Position numbers and translations under genes: made by a program. A DNA stretch of 62,586 nucleotides, filler included, from Globobulimina sp. (lineage: Eukaryota): the NCBI GenBank assembly GCA_003354225.1. It is 39 parts of 39 records of this genome, joined end to end, with 100 filler letters (N's around TTAATTAATTAA, not from the genome) between each part and the next. Parts side by side here need not be neighbours in the genome. Positions count along the whole stretch, not along the records: positions 1 to 1,509 come from PIVH01015560.1; positions 1,610 to 3,118 come from PIVH01015561.1; positions 3,219 to 4,726 come from PIVH01015562.1; positions 4,827 to 6,334 come from PIVH01015563.1; positions 6,435 to 7,942 come from PIVH01015564.1; positions 8,043 to 9,550 come from PIVH01015565.1; positions 9,651 to 11,158 come from PIVH01015566.1; positions 11,259 to 12,766 come from PIVH01015567.1; 31 more parts are not named here. One strand, 5' to 3'. Of this stretch, positions 1-11,305 are shown one piece after another; the first letter of the stretch is position 1, and the number at the start of each line of letters is the position of its first letter. The notes under the pieces are model-generated. The model did no database searches and was not told where the DNA came from. It worked only from the letters and a program-made list of their open reading frames with translations.

Positions 1-1
1 A

Positions 2-616
2 AATCTGTATACTCAAATATCATATAATACAACAATCACACAATTACATAAACAAATTCGATATCAATGGAGTGACGTTTGGGCGCACAGAAATACGCGA
101 TCTTCTCAAGACAGCTATAAAATGTACAGTGCAAACCCCTCCCTCCACAATAAACTAAATAGAATAATAAAACATTTGAATAAAGACGAATCATCAATGA
201 TTAATAGAATCATTTCAGGACATATTGAATTAAATAATTTCCTATTTAAACATAAATTTACTGATACTGATAAAACAATAATTGATTCCCCAAATTGTAA
301 GCAATGCGATTTAAATAAAAAAGAAACCATTCTCCATTATTTTAGTAAATGTCCCAGATATAATAACCAACGTAATCGCCTAATCCAGTCACTCAGAATA
401 ATATGGAACGATTTTAGTAATGGAGGACGCATCTGTTTAGATGAGTTATTCTATCCATACACTATACGACGACCACCTGACATTGAGAAGGAACTAGATA
501 TTTTTACTCAAGTTGGAATCTGGAAAAAACTTCTTCAATTTGTAAAAGAAACTAAAAGATTCAGCTACCTGTACCAAGTGAACCTAATGAATTTATCTCC
601 GATCATATCGGATTAA
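2..616 (+). mobile_element. 3' end of a non-LTR retrotransposon pol ORF (C-terminal CCHC zinc-binding region), 5'-partial
   Basis: Frame is open from the contig start. RIISGHIELNNFLFKHK...SPNCKQC...ETILHYFSKCPRYNNQR matches the CxxC...HxxxxC motif at the C-terminus of LINE pol proteins. Confidence 0.75.
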
Positions 617-1110
617 GGGATCTATTGTACATTTGTACTAGATCCAAATATTTTTATTTACCTTTGTTCATTGGCCTCACCTCCAAATAAAAGGGCCTAT
701 ATCCATGTTGTGTGTGTACTATTTATTTAGTGTTCCCTACTTGTGTATAAGGTGGAATCTTTAATTGATTTCTTAGTGTTTTGAAGAAAAAAAAAATCAA
801 GGTATTGTGATATCGATAGAAATCAAGGAAAACAGAAAACAAATCAAAATAATAGCCCACCAACCAATGGCAAGTGATGATACACCAATCGCGGCACAAA
901 AAATTGTCTAAATAGAGCCTAGATTTCATAAATAGTTTTTGTGTTCAAATTAAAATAAAAATTAAATTCAAAGTAATTCAATACATAATTAACAAAATAA
1001 TAATTAATTAAAAAGATAGCAGAGAAAAAAAGAAGAAAGGGCATATATTAAAAATTAAAAAATTAAAAAAAAAGAAAGTCATAGATTCATAATAGACGTC
1101 GACGTTAATG

Positions 1111-1509
1111 TTACAAACTAACCAATGTCTTAACGGATGAATCCGATGCAACTCTTTGTAACTTCATCGCCAATGATTCATTCATAACTTCTTCATACTT
1201 TATATCCAATGACAAGAGCGACCGATCAGGAATGTGTATTTTCGATGGTATTCGTCGACGATTATTCTCATTATTCTTGTTATTATATCCTACATCGATA
1301 TCATTCAAATAAATATCCACAATTTTATTCTCTTCCAAACTGTCGCCGCTGCCGCCACTCAGACTGCTTTCATTTGACTCGTTCGAATCATGCGAGGTTT
1401 CATCAATAAACATCACTTCCACTCCATCATCGCAGTTATAATTCGCTGCATCGGTGTCGATGGTAATCAATTCTTTCTGTATAATCTCAATTAATTCATT
1501 TTGATTTGC
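1111..1509 (-). CDS. C-terminal fragment of an acidic, low-complexity hypothetical protein
   Basis: ORF 1111..1470 runs toward the contig edge; no recognisable motif. Confidence 0.4.
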   Translation of the reverse strand, partial: ANQNELIEIIQKELITIDTDAANYNCDDGVEVMFIDETSHDSNESNESSLSGGSGDSLEENKIVDIYLNDIDVGYNNKNNENNRRRIPSKIHIPDRSLLSLDIKYEEVMNESLAMKLQRVASDSSVKTLVSL

Positions 1510-1609
1510 NNNNNNNNNNNNNNNNNNNNNNNNNNNNNNNNNNNNNNNNNNNNTTAATTAATTAANNNNNNNNNNNNNNNNNNNNNNNNNNNNNNNNNNN
1601 NNNNNNNNN
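1510..1609. other. Artificial contig linker N44-TTAATTAATTAA-N44 (first of 38; recurs about every 1.6 kb up to 60981-61080)
   Basis: Identical 100-nt spacer with stops in all six frames. The intervening segments decrease monotonically from 1509 to 1506 bp. Confidence 0.99.
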
Positions 1610-1658
1610 TACAAAGATTTTATTCTTTATCACGCGCACAAATCACACAAGCAAAAAT

Positions 1659-3116
1659 TTACTTATTTGTACGAGACAAACATTGTTGTCTGGCGTCTTG
1701 CAATATTTTAACTAATTTTTTATTTTTTTTTTCGTTAACAATATCAATCGCACTTTTACCATTTGCATTTTTGACATCAATATATAGTAATTTTGATTTA
1801 AAATTATCACCAAATGCATCTAATAAATATTCAACATTTGCAATTTTACCTCTTTGACAACAAACCATTAATGGCGTCATGTTATTTGGTTTATTAAATG
1901 TAGTAATAATGCTTTGTATCTTCTCTTCGTTTTCCGTATTCAATTCTTGACAAATGAATTCCATATGTTTTACATTATTCCAACATGCAAAATGAAACAA
2001 ATTCCATCCATTATTATCAGCATCAAATACAATATTACGAATTAATTCTCCTTCTACATCTTTACTGTGACTGTCATTCAATTCTTTAATTTTACTTAAT
2101 ATCAGTTTGCCAATCGGAACAACGCTCGTTTTAAACGAATAATGTAATGCATTCATACCGTTTTTATCCTTAACATTAATATATTTTAATAACGCAATCT
2201 TATCTGTGTTAATATTATCAAATAATAAATTCAATGTATCAGTTTGCTTCGCTCCGCTAAGATGGCATGCACACATTAATATAGTTTTATTCTCAATATC
2301 TAGTTCATTCAAAATAATATGCGATACATCAATATTATTTTTCTTATATATACTAATTACACATTGTGCTTTTGCATAGGAAGTATACGCAGCACATACG
2401 GACATAAATCGTTTGTTCACTATTTTAATTAACTCGTTTTTATTATGAATTGCATCACACAAAAATGCAAACACTGGAATCTCACGAATAGAATCAATAC
2501 AATCAATGCATGGTTTCATTAATGCATTCATTTGTGCTGAATTCAATCCATTTGTAATATGTGCCAATAATTCACTTTTTAATTGATACGCCGTACAAAT
2601 CAATTTAAACACTGTATCACCGGCATTATTTTTTTGATTTAAATATTTGAATTTCAACTCAGTATTTGCTATTAAATCAAATATGAATTCTAAAATATCC
2701 CATCCTTTATTGGCAGCATAATGTAATGCAGACCAACCATTCGAATCTTTTTTATCCAACGCAGCGCAAACATTTTCATGGTATCTCCCATCATCGCCCA
2801 CTATTTCTTTTGATAATAAACTTTTAACGACATGAAAATGTCTATATTTACAATATTCCATCAAACACGAAAAGTTTTTGTCTTTGAATACTGTATTTTT
2901 TAAGACCCATTTGGTTAATTTAACATTGTTATTCCTGCACGAATAATATAACACGCCTTGATCGCCTGGGTCGTCATAACCGTCTGTGTTTTGCAAGTCT
3001 TCTTTAAAATAATTTGTCACGCTTTTTGGGTATAATTTCATTAATATTTCCAAAATTTGAGTTGAATTCGCTTCAATCGCATAACCAATCGGTGCATGGC
3101 CGACATCATCGCATAA
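1659..3116 (-). CDS. Ankyrin-repeat protein, 5'-partial
   Basis: Repeated ankyrin motifs DSNGWSALHYAA, DKNGMNALHYS, DNNGWNLFHFAC, NNMTPLMVCC, NANGKSAIDIV. Frame open to the contig edge (LCDDVGHAPIGYA). Confidence 0.9.
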   Translation of the reverse strand, partial: LCDDVGHAPIGYAIEANSTQILEILMKLYPKSVTNYFKEDLQNTDGYDDPGDQGVLYYSCRNNNVKLTKWVLKNTVFKDKNFSCLMEYCKYRHFHVVKSLLSKEIVGDDGRYHENVCAALDKKDSNGWSALHYAANKGWDILEFIFDLIANTELKFKYLNQKNNAGDTVFKLICTAYQLKSELLAHITNGLNSAQMNALMKPCIDCIDSIREIPVFAFLCDAIHNKNELIKIVNKRFMSVCAAYTSYAKAQCVISIYKKNNIDVSHIILNELDIENKTILMCACHLSGAKQTDTLNLLFDNINTDKIALLKYINVKDKNGMNALHYSFKTSVVPIGKLILSKIKELNDSHSKDVEGELIRNIVFDADNNGWNLFHFACWNNVKHMEFICQELNTENEEKIQSIITTFNKPNNMTPLMVCCQRGKIANVEYLLDAFGDNFKSKLLYIDVKNANGKSAIDIVNEKKNKKLVKILQDARQQCLSRTNK

Positions 3117-3219
3117 ATNNNNNNNNNNNNNNNNNNNNNNNNNNNNNNNNNNNNNNNNNNNNTTAATTAATTAANNNNNNNNNNNNNNNNNNNNNNNNNN
3201 NNNNNNNNNNNNNNNNNNT

Positions 3220-4434
3220 GATTTTTTTAATGGCCACACAAAGACAACAAAAGAAACAGATAAAAACATAAAAAAGCTCGACATAAATATGTACTTCAAC
3301 CAATTTCGACGCGCATTAAACGAGCAACAATATAAATTATTGCATGATTTAGAGAGTACTGAAGAGAAAGAGTACGAATTAATTATTGATAAACACGAAA
3401 TATTATCGCAAATTAAGCAATTTGGTTCTATCCAAAGCCGAACAACGCATACAAATAACAATTCTGTCATCATTCATTCTGATATCGATAATGAGCTAAA
3501 GAGCGATGATGCAATGGATTCGAATCCTAAAATGGAAACAATGGCTATGAAAAAGAAGTTGATTTTGGGCCAAATCCAGCAAAAAACCATGGATAAATTA
3601 GATATGATCATATTAATGGAAAAAGAGGCAAACGCAAAATCAAAGCAAGCCGACGCGTTACGGCAAGAAGTTGACGAAGGACTCAAATATATCACTGAAC
3701 GAAGGAAAATAATCAACGATAAAATTGCGATCGCTACGCCTGAGCTACGGAAGGCAAAACTAGCTGTTTCTGGTATCGATCCCAGGGACATCAATGAGAT
3801 AAAAACACTCAAATCTCCACCAACTGTGATTGAAAAGGTCATCACTGCGACCGTTATGATCTTAGGTTTGTTGTGCTGCATTGTTGCAAGCTCATGTTTT
3901 TTTCTTCAAAGTTTTTCACTCAAACCCATGTCGCCATTTTCATCACTTACTTCAGGGCATAAGATTAAGCAATGGAGGGATGTTCAGAAATTGTTGAGTT
4001 ATAAGTTTAAACCGCAATTAATGAATTTTGATACCTATACGCTCACAAAAGCAACGCGACAGAAAGTGTATCAGAGATATGCAGGGAAAGAAGATTTCAC
4101 TTTTTCACGCGTATATTCTGCGAGTAAAGTATGTGGGAATTTGGTGTTGTGGGTACTGTCGCAAATTAATTATTCGCGAATGTTGGATGTTATCATCCCG
4201 TTGGAAAAGGAAGTTAAGAAATTGAAAAGAAAAAGTGAAAAAAAAGAGAAATTGATGAAAGAGTTAATAAGAATTGTAAAGGAGTTGGAAGTTAACATTG
4301 AACTCTATACAACGGAATGCGATCAAATGATTGATCATATCATAAAAAGTACGGACGATGAATTAAAGCAATTTAGTGAGAAACTACAACCATTAAATAA
4401 AAAATTCAATCAATTATTAAATAAATGTATGTAA
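3220..4434 (+). CDS. Coiled-coil protein containing a cytoplasmic dynein stalk + microtubule-binding domain, without AAA domains; in-frame 90-nt intron 3866-3955; 5'-partial
   Basis: ATPELRKAKLAVSGIDPRDINEIKTLKSPPTVIEKVITATVMILG/HKIKQWRDVQK...ASKVCGNLVLWVLSQINYSRMLDVIIPLEKEV follows the dynein heavy chain CC1-MTBD-CC2 pattern. Removing GTTTGT...TTCAG restores ILG-HKI. Confidence 0.85.
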   Translation, partial: DFFNGHTKTTKETDKNIKKLDINMYFNQFRRALNEQQYKLLHDLESTEEKEYELIIDKHEILSQIKQFGSIQSRTTHTNNNSVIIHSDIDNELKSDDAMDSNPKMETMAMKKKLILGQIQQKTMDKLDMIILMEKEANAKSKQADALRQEVDEGLKYITERRKIINDKIAIATPELRKAKLAVSGIDPRDINEIKTLKSPPTVIEKVITATVMILGLLCCIVASSCFFLQSFSLKPMSPFSSLTSGHKIKQWRDVQKLLSYKFKPQLMNFDTYTLTKATRQKVYQRYAGKEDFTFSRVYSASKVCGNLVLWVLSQINYSRMLDVIIPLEKEVKKLKRKSEKKEKLMKELIRIVKELEVNIELYTTECDQMIDHIIKSTDDELKQFSEKLQPLNKKFNQLLNKCM

Positions 4435-4827
4435 ATATAAAGAAATATATAATATAATATATATATATATCAATATATTGCTTGGTTATCAATATCTGCA
4501 CTGTCATTTTTCTATATTGTTTTTTTTATGTTTGAACGTTACGCCATTTGCCTATGTTATTGTATTTGCTATATCTATTTCGTTTATTGTACCTTTAATT
4601 ATTTTTCTAAAAAAGCACAGTTTTTCATTGCTACTTTTTTAAATAATCAATCTCTACATTTCATCATGGCGACGCTTGTAAAAGATCTGAACTCTTCTGT
4701 GATGACAGGAGTGTCATCTTTTGGAGNNNNNNNNNNNNNNNNNNNNNNNNNNNNNNNNNNNNNNNNNNNNTTAATTAATTAANNNNNNNNNNNNNNNNNN
4801 NNNNNNNNNNNNNNNNNNNNNNNNNNC

Positions 4828-5358
4828 TTTTCAATCAAAGAGATTGACATTGCTGTTGTACCGGATGTTGGTACTTTGGCAAGAATGCCAAAACAAATTG
4901 GAAATGCATCATTATTGCGAGAACTTGCATATTCTGGAAGGATATTTAAATCTGATGAAGCATTGCAATTAGGTTTAATTAGTCGTATTTTTGATACAGG
5001 GGATTTACTAAGGAGTGGTGCATTGGATATGTGTAAAGAAATTGCATCAAAATCACCTGTTGCAATTCGGTAAGTCTTTATATAACATGTCAGATTTAAA
5101 TATTTGTATATTTTTGACAATGACATAACTATTATTAAAGCATAGGCATATTCATATTGTCAAGAATATGAAATCTGACATGTTTATAAATTAAGAGGAA
5201 TTAAATATATGTTTAATTATGAAATGTCTGGTAAATCGCCAAGAGAGTTACAAAAAATGATACAAATATTAAATGGAAGTTTATTGCAAACAGATGATAT
5301 CACAAAAGCAGGAATGGCTTTTTTCGCGAAAAAGAAACCTACATTCTCCAAATTATAA
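4828..5358 (+). CDS. ECH1: Delta(3,5)-delta(2,4)-dienoyl-CoA isomerase (crotonase family), 3' part, with PTS1; intron 5070-5195
   Basis: FSIKEIDIAVVPDVGTLARMPKQIGN..LLRELAYSGR. The spliced product continues SPVAIRGIKYMFNY and ends KKPTFSKL*. Confidence 0.88.
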
Positions 5359-5538
5359 ACAATTGCAAACATATGAAAGCTATTTTGATTTCTTGTTGAT
5401 GGGATTTAAAACTACAAAGTACAAACATGTACAAAGAAAAGACCTTTTTTAGACATGAAAATCTTTTAACTGCAAACAGGGCAAGATTCACAAATGATAA
5501 TACGTTTTAATTGAACATAAAGACAATGTGTAATAATT

Positions 5539-6334
5539 TCATCGTCTTTTAACCATATTTTTAATCAATTTATTGAGTTTATTTAAGCCTCCAGCATCAG
5601 AGAAATTTGTTCCATTGATACTCTTTATCATCTCATTTAATTGAGCTTCTTTTTTAGATTTTAATTCTTTTTTTAATTTGGACAATTCAACTTTTTTTGA
5701 ATAATGTTGCGAATGATTCAATTTTTTCAATGCTTCTCTCTCTTCATTTAACACCGCATATTGATCAGCAAAAAAATGCTGAATCGATTTTGTTTTCGTT
5801 TCTAAATCGTTTCGTAAGAGTTGAAATTTCTTCTTATATTCCTCATAATAATTACGCAAATACTCTTTTTCTAATTTTTTGGCCTCAGAGTGGACGCGTT
5901 CAATTGCTATTTCTTCGTCAGATTTTTGTCGAATTGTTTTAAGAATCAATTCTCTCTCTAACTTATTTTCCATTTTTTCCAACCATCTTAAATCCGAACG
6001 GATTTTCTCTTTTTGTTGTTTTTGAATGATTCGAATCAAACGATTTTCATCCAAATGATTTTTATTTACATAATTTTTCAAATTCTTTCTATTCTTTTTT
6101 TTATGTTTCATCGAATATTTATATAATTTATCATTTTTATGTTGCAAACTTAATTTTGAACTTAATATTTGTCGATATATTTGTTCCTCCGTTTTTCTTT
6201 TTTTGTTAGTCGAAGAAGACAGCGTTGTGGCGGACGTTGGTCGACGTAATTTTCGCATATGTTTGTTATTTCTAGTTTTTTTCTTACGTTTTGGTTTTAT
6301 GTAACTTGGTGAGGCTGATGGTGAGGTCGTAGTT
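5539..6334 (-). CDS. Lysine-rich coiled-coil protein resembling the CEP95 C-terminus, 5'-partial
   Basis: KSDEEIAIERVHSEAKKLEKEYLR...SIQHFFADQYAVLNEE...LSKLKKELKSK resembles the remembered CEP95 pattern EE..F..L..E...SMENYYKDQFSLLAE. Confidence 0.5.
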
Positions 6335-6434
6335 NNNNNNNNNNNNNNNNNNNNNNNNNNNNNNNNNNNNNNNNNNNNTTAATTAATTAANNNNNNNNNN
6401 NNNNNNNNNNNNNNNNNNNNNNNNNNNNNNNNNN

Positions 6435-7471
6435 CAGTATCTGTACGTGTTGGATCACGTGGTGTTGGATGTTTCAAATATAAATGTTATTTGGAATGCA
6501 ATACATACTAAAACATGAGAGCTCAGATTTATGATTAAATGCAACCACAGAGACAAACGATGAAGAGCCCAATGTTTTCAATACTGAAATAACTGCTTGT
6601 TTGGCAATATCCAAACGTTGGCTGTCTTTCATAGATCCGGATCGATCAATGAGAAGAATAACATCCTTTGGCCCACTCGCTGCGGAAACATACCAAGGTC
6701 GGAATCTTGGATCGTATGAGGAATAGGCTCCATTTGTATCTCTCACATTTTCCACACCCGGATATACCCGAAATACTCCATTGATTGTACCAAAATACAT
6801 TTGACAGTATTCTTCATTCCCTTTAGCATCAATACAATAATTATCATATAAATCAATCATTATATCTTCCAGTAACACAGATATCTGTATGTGTTATTTA
6901 ATAACATGTGAACATTAAAAACAAATATTCAAATAACTTGAGCGTCTTTTTGAATATTTTCGTTGTTGTAATCTATTCCGTTTGGCAATTTATAGGTTGA
7001 TTGGGATAAAGAAACTGCATTTCCATACACTGCATTATATTCCACATCGTGTGGTAAATATGCATCACGTTCAGTATTGCCTGAAAATTTTAGTTGGTCG
7101 AAATCTGGAATAGATTCAATGTCTGAATCATAATCATACGCATATTTGATGCATGACTGTTGAATTGTGGCTGTCAGATTTTTGAGAAACGAAGCTCGAA
7201 GATTTAATTTCTTATCCAGCCGATCAATTATTTGTTTTGTTATAATGGATGTATCCTCAATATCGTCTTCAAAATGGTTGGCAAATGAGGCGATAAAATC
7301 TTGTATTCCATACGCTTGATTGCTACATTTATCACCGCCAACAGAGAGGCCACCACAAAACAATGACTTTATTTCAGTGCTAAATTCTTGAATGTATTTG
7401 CTTATGTTTTGAGATTCAGTAAATTGAATTACAAATAAGCCTAATGACACAAGGTGAAAAACTGAAGACAT
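6435..7471 (-). CDS. Secreted alpha2-delta/CACHD1-like VWA protein; introns 6885-6937 and 6441-6508; 3'-partial
   Basis: N-terminal signal peptide; YFGTINGVFRVYPG, YDPRFRPWYVSAASGPKDVILLIDRSGSM (MIDAS DxSxS). GT-AG introns join the frames. Confidence 0.85.
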
Positions 7472-7696
7472 TCTCCTTGGAAGAACTAGAGCGGAGAAAA
7501 CTGTGTTTATTTATCTACCCGGGATGTTCAAGCGATCGTTGAGGATGGAGCCAGGCTTATATCCTTTGCTGAATGTTCCCCCACTACTATTTAGCGTAAA
7601 CTAATAAAACGAAAACGGTCGGAGTGTAGCGGAATCAAAAGGGAACAAAAATATTACGTAATATTTCGGTATTCGGTAATCAATGGTATTTTGGTA

Positions 7697-7942
7697 TTAC
7701 GTAATATTATCTACAACGACATAGTCCTCTTCTATGTCATTATTCACTGTTTGTGTTTGTGACCATGGCCAATACATCGTCTTTGTTCGATGACGGAAAT
7801 GTGAATTAACTATAATCTCAGGAAGTTTTTTAACAATGTGTTTTGACTGCGCAATAGTGCGGGCAGTATAAATTGTATCTCCAAATAAATTCGCTAACTC
7901 AGCACCCGCAACAGCAGGCACAGCAGCAGCACCGCCAAACCA
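7697..7942 (-). CDS. C-terminal fragment of a hypothetical protein
   Basis: Short ORF open at the contig edge. Confidence 0.35.
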   Translation of the reverse strand, partial: WFGGAAAVPAVAGAELANLFGDTIYTARTIAQSKHIVKKLPEIIVNSHFRHRTKTMYWPWSQTQTVNNDIEEDYVVVDNIT

Positions 7943-8042
7943 NNNNNNNNNNNNNNNNNNNNNNNNNNNNNNNNNNNNNNNNNNNNTTAATTAATTAANN
8001 NNNNNNNNNNNNNNNNNNNNNNNNNNNNNNNNNNNNNNNNNN

Positions 8043-9451
8043 TTGGTATTTGGCAATGTTCTCAATAATAATTTACTTAATTCATCGTGAACATAGCTAC
8101 GGATATCTTGATATTCGGCACATTCTGTCAATTTGCTTGTTTTTATTGTAATGTCATAATTTCCTTTGTTATTCGCAGCAGACAACAGCTCATAATTTTT
8201 GTTTTGAAAATGTGTTTTGTGAGATTGGAAAATTTTGTCCGTTAAATCCTGATCTAATGCCACGTCGACAAATAAAACCTGTCTCATCGCGGAGGTGTTG
8301 AGTATGTATTCGCTCTCCGCTGTCAATTCGATGAGTAATTGGCTCAAATATAATGATGAGATGTCTATGCTATTCATAATATGAACGGATGTGCATTTTG
8401 TAAATAGTTTAGCGATTTTTGTAAATGATATAACGTGTTCGGCAGAGAAAAAACAGTCATACAATGATATTGAATCCATATTAAATGCATTTATGTCAAT
8501 GGAAATTTCTTTTTTTTGTTTGCAAAAAGATTTAAATATATTTTTAACATATAATGGCAATGCTTTGTGTTGGCACAAACTATTTACAATGCAGACATCG
8601 TTTTGATTTATGTCCTCTGACATTCGACCGTTTATGGCATCGTCCAACGTTGTTAATGCTTTGATGAATAATTTGTGGCTTTTATGGGTTTGGATATGCG
8701 TCATATTGCATATTTGCAATGGATACAAGCCGCCAAAAAATAACTTTTCATTTTCATTGGAATGGTAACTAAACAGACAGCAATCAATATACTTCAAACC
8801 ACCTAAAAAATGCGAGCTATGCTGCTGTAATTCTAATATAAATCCATTTTCATGCTTCATTTTATTCACTGAACTTACAGCAACTGGCAACTGACCGGTC
8901 GTCGATGTCGGACTGCAGAATTTCAGCGAAAAATTGCTAAAATAATTCTCATTTAACTCACAAGAGTCAGTCACCAAATAATAATAAAATTTGTCGCCAC
9001 TTTCTAATGAATTACCAAAGCATTCGACAGCTTCTATTAAATACCTACAAAAATTCCAGTATTCATGTATTTTATTATTACTTTGCATTTTGAAGGTTTG
9101 TCGAAGTCCATCATGCAATTTTTGATAGTCACAATAAAAAACAATGCATATGCTGTGATGTAGTGAGATTGCGGCATTTTCTTTGATGTTATATTTTTTA
9201 CATAAAATATGGCCACTACTTTTCATTGATTTTATCACATCGGATTTTATGTATTTTTTTGCTTTGTTCAAACTGATTTTGAATTGATTTCGAGGCAATG
9301 CACAAATTTTATTGTTCAGGATTTCGTCTTTTAAGCTTTGATATTTTTTGCTCTTTTTTCTCTCAATATTATTTTCTTTATTTTCAGAGCCAAAATAACA
9401 ACGATTTCCTAATTCATAATGCGTTATTACTGGACATTGGTCATCGGACAT
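8043..9451 (-). CDS. Divergent ADP-ribosyltransferase-like (ARTC/R-S-E-type) domain protein, partial
   Basis: CIVFYCDY, LIEAVECFG, PTSTT, GFILEL, SNENEKLFFGG. Homologous by eye to 59777..60979. Confidence 0.55.
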
Positions 9452-9829
9452 AATCGATGACTGAGCATCTAAAATAAAAATATTTTTGTATATATAGACT
9501 ACAGTTTGTCAAAAATGCATCCCATTCGCAGGCAGTGTTGGATTTGAGCANNNNNNNNNNNNNNNNNNNNNNNNNNNNNNNNNNNNNNNNNNNNTTAATT
9601 AATTAANNNNNNNNNNNNNNNNNNNNNNNNNNNNNNNNNNNNNNNNNNNNAAAACAAAAGTATAGGGTGAGAGTCTTTGCAAAACATGGTGTCCCTGCTT
9701 ATGTTTTGATACGTGATATCAGCAATTAGTTAATTTATTCATTGTTAATTATCGACAATTTGCTAGTCGAACATTGATAATAAACAGGTAAATTTAAGCT
9801 GTTTTTCGGGATATTGTTTTCAACAAACC

Positions 9830-11158
9830 ATGGGCGCAACCTGCTGTTCATGTGGTCCACATACAACACCAACCACCAACAAAAAAAGAAAGCAGCCAGC
9901 AACACTCGATGAAACATTTGATTCTCAATCAGACAGTGATTCTGAATTTAGTATGGCTACAGACAACCTTTTAAATGCAGAAGAAAGTGAGGCAGAGATG
10001 ACGCCGGCTGCTCCACACACAATGTATCAAAAAGAAAAGGCAGAAAATGGATTTAAAGATGCTGTCCAAAATGGAAACGATTCTTTAGGTAAATTCCATT
10101 CGTCTTCATCAACCATATCTGATGTACATGTACTTCTATTTAGTAATGCATTTTGTGCAGGAATATCCTGAATTGGATCTCTTGCAATTAACATTTACAA
10201 ATGGCGACAATGCGTTGCAAGTCGCTGTCAACAACAAAAGCTACAATCTCGTATTATATTTATTAAACAACGGCGTATCAGTTTAGTTTACTTATACACT
10301 CTCAAATTACCACTCAATCCAATCCCAACCAACGTATTCCATTACAGCCAAACACGCAAAATAAGAAAAATGGAGAGACGGCGTTGCATACAGCAGTACG
10401 AAAACGTGACGTCAAAGTTGTGGCATTTCTATGCAAACATCGAGCCGGTTAATTTAATTTGTTATATCCATAAGTACTGCATAACCAATATCCGAATATA
10501 TAGACGTCAACATTACCAACAATGCGTATGAAACGCCGCTAACCATAGCTGCCGACAATCGCGACGACGATATCATAGAGCTCTTAGCGCCCGACACCCA
10601 AATTGAGATTAGAGAGAGACTCGTATCCTATGAGCCCGATGAGGCTGCGCCAAATTATAACAGTCTTAACACATTCAGGGACCCCAAATTTATGCACGAC
10701 GCTGTTGCTGATATATTGAGTGCCGACAGTCCCGATCGACACGAACACCAAGACCGCAGCAAAAGTGCCTGCTAAAGGCAACGAGAACGCTGCAGCGCTA
10801 TATACGAAGAGTATGGGTATTAATGAGTACGTTTCGTTTGAGCAGAAACTCGATGCTTCCGAGAAATTGAAAATGGAGTCAATGCGGGTGGCGCGGTCCA
10901 ATCCTTTCAGTAAATTGCGGCGCAACAATACGAAGAAAGCGTTGTCGGAGATGCACGAACTTACGACGGCGAGGGGCGGCTTACCAGAGTTGGCGGCCTG
11001 GTTAGAAAAAAAACAAAGTTCCATTCCGTATCAGTGGCAGAAAAGGTGGGTCGTGGTGAAGGGCTCGCATTTGTTATGGAGCGATAAGCAGAGAGTTATT
11101 CATAATGCAAAGGATCGCGCCGAGCGGAGGAAGTTTAACAATCATTTGAACATTATGA
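9830..11158 (+). CDS. N-acylated ankyrin + PH domain protein (three introns; one unexplained frame change near 10717-10800), 3'-partial
   Basis: MGATCCSC is a myristoyl/palmitoyl motif. Spliced exons give NGDNALQVAV, NGETALHTAV, AYETPLTIAA. PH start is AAWLEKKQSSIPYQWQKRWVVVKGSHLLWS. Confidence 0.8.
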
Positions 11159-11305
11159 NNNNNNNNNNNNNNNNNNNNNNNNNNNNNNNNNNNNNNNNNN
11201 NNTTAATTAATTAANNNNNNNNNNNNNNNNNNNNNNNNNNNNNNNNNNNNNNNNNNNNCAAACAACTAATTCAATTATTTACTATACGACGAAACTGGCT
11301 TAAAT

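Noticed and set aside
4528-4782. ORFs ending in XXX-LIN or XXX-N
   Set aside because: These tails are translations of the linker; the true genes are simply truncated.
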